A DNA stretch of 64,000 bases from positions 1 to 64,000 of the forward strand of contig NIVC01003246.1 of NCBI GenBank assembly GCA_002269645.1. The letters run 5' to 3'. The notes below the pieces were generated by a model. The model was not told the DNA's origin. It was given only the letters and a program-made list of their open reading frames with translations, and ran no database searches. Within the stretch, counting starts at the first letter, position 1; each line of letters begins with the position of its first letter. Source of the DNA: Macrostomum lignano. Its lineage: Eukaryota. Shown here one piece after another: positions 63,101 to 64,000 of this stretch. The translations under genes were made by a program, and so were the position numbers.

Positions 63101-63709
63101 AGTATCCGATGAGTATCCGATTGAGAAAATGAGTTTCCGATGAGTATCCGATTGAGAAAACGAGTTTCTAGTGAGTGTCAGACTGAGAAAATGAGTTTCT
63201 GGTGAGTGTCAGACTGAGAAAACGAGTTTCTAGTGAGTGTCAGACTGAGAAAATGAGTTTCTGGTGAGTGTCCGACTGAGAAAACGAGTTTCTAGTGAGT
63301 GTCAGACTGAGAAAATGAGTTTCTGGTGAGTGTCCGACTGAGAAAACGAGTTTCTAGTGAGTGTCAGACTGAGAAAATGAGTTTCTGGTGAGTGTCCGAC
63401 TGAGAAAACGAGTTTCTAGTGAGTGTCAGACTGAGAAAATGAGTTTCTGGTGAGTGTCCGACTGAGAAAAGTTACTCTCATGCGAAAAGCAATAATGCTA
63501 GAGTCAATAAAAAGCACCAGAGTTCATATACACAATAAATAGCGATATTTTACCATGACGAAGATTCGCTCAACATCCGGTCGGGCCTTGCGGTCTCTCA
63601 GCTTGTCGATGACGCTCAAAACCGTCGCCATCCAGTCGTCAAGATGGCGATCAGACGAATCGGACAGGGTGTCCGCCTGCTGCTGCGCGGCCTCTGATTG
63701 CTCCGGCAT
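54150..63709 (-). CDS. Chromatin protein: SAMD1/KAT6-type winged helix + second WH/H15-like + double PHD finger + SAM domain, ~518 aa
   Basis: Exons 63554-63709, 62467-62751, 60959-61525, 58689-58936, 55553-55828, 54150-54174; 1557 nt, phases consistent. VLSVIDKLRDRKARPDVERI..VEYKGSVSYRNA; CDFC..ERMLRCRDC..AHPSC..WQCSECKTCCVC..LICDACDKGYHVSC..WVCSRC; WSIAQV..EQEIDGASLML..LKLGPAVK. Confidence 0.87.
54262..55505. repeat. 24-bp minisatellite (GGGATCAATGGGATCTAAGTGATT)
   Basis: Tandem units directly visible. Confidence 0.97.
55885..58650. repeat. 21-23-bp composite minisatellite (AGCCATAAATCAGGGATCCCAAG and variants)
   Basis: Tandem units with higher-order blocks visible. Confidence 0.96.
58964..60710. 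repeat. 21-bp minisatellite (GGCTCTGATCCCAATCCCCAC)
   Basis: Tandem units directly visible; source of three ~640-690-aa artefact ORFs. Confidence 0.97.
61615..62090. repeat. 22-bp purine-rich minisatellite (GGGAGAAGATGGAGAGGGAGAT)
   Basis: Tandem units visible. Confidence 0.93.
63025..63472. repeat. 31-bp minisatellite (GAGAAAATGAGTTTCTGGTGAGTGTCCGACT)
   Basis: Tandem units visible. Confidence 0.93.
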
Positions 63710-64000
63710 GGCCAAATAAAAGGCAAAGGAAGATGGACTCTCGTGTCTTTGTTTTTGAGAGGCGCGAAAGAAGAGCAAATTGCGGCCTTTTCTCTAAACT
63801 TTCTTGTCTCTTAAACAAGCTCGATTTTCACTTAGCAAGCAACCAGGGCCGCTATTAAAGCTATTTTACTTCAGTTCTAAAGGCAAAAGCCGCTCCGGTG
63901 TCGCGCGACGCGTTTGCGCGCAAAAATTGGGGGCCCGCCCGCTCGCAAAAGTCCCGGCGGTCCAAAGGGAAACGCAGCAGAAAAGAGAAAAGGTGGCAGG

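Overview
Eukaryotic (animal) genomic DNA. The GC-rich exons and minisatellite-filled introns suggest a flatworm such as Macrostomum, but this is an inference and was not checked. Positions 1 to ~13.4 kb are an AT-rich endogenous Polinton/Maverick (adintovirus-like) virus that runs off the left edge of the window. It carries a parvovirus-type PLA2, rve integrase, a pX/mu-like core protein, protein-primed PolB, adenain-like protease, a putative membrane protein, a coiled-coil orphan, A32-like packaging ATPase, two GxG-motif virion-type proteins, double jelly-roll major capsid, penton and a small orphan. The PLA2-to-protease block has many frameshifts, while the ATPase and capsid genes are open. 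From 13.7 kb onward are host genes whose exon phases I checked by hand: capicua (+, 5 exons), a degenerate Ty1/copia remnant, an anion-selective Cys-loop channel subunit (-, 9 exons, one GC-AG intron), a secreted PAN-like + ALK/LTK-type glycine-rich protein (+), a PAQR/mPR-like receptor (-), and a WH-WH-double PHD-SAM chromatin protein with no MYST domain (-). All 18 modelled introns longer than ~280 nt are filled by tandem arrays. One capicua exon is bracketed by ~1.2-kb inverted copies of the same minisatellite. Most long ORFs in the supplied track are repeat artefacts. All family assignments come from motif recognition, not database searches.
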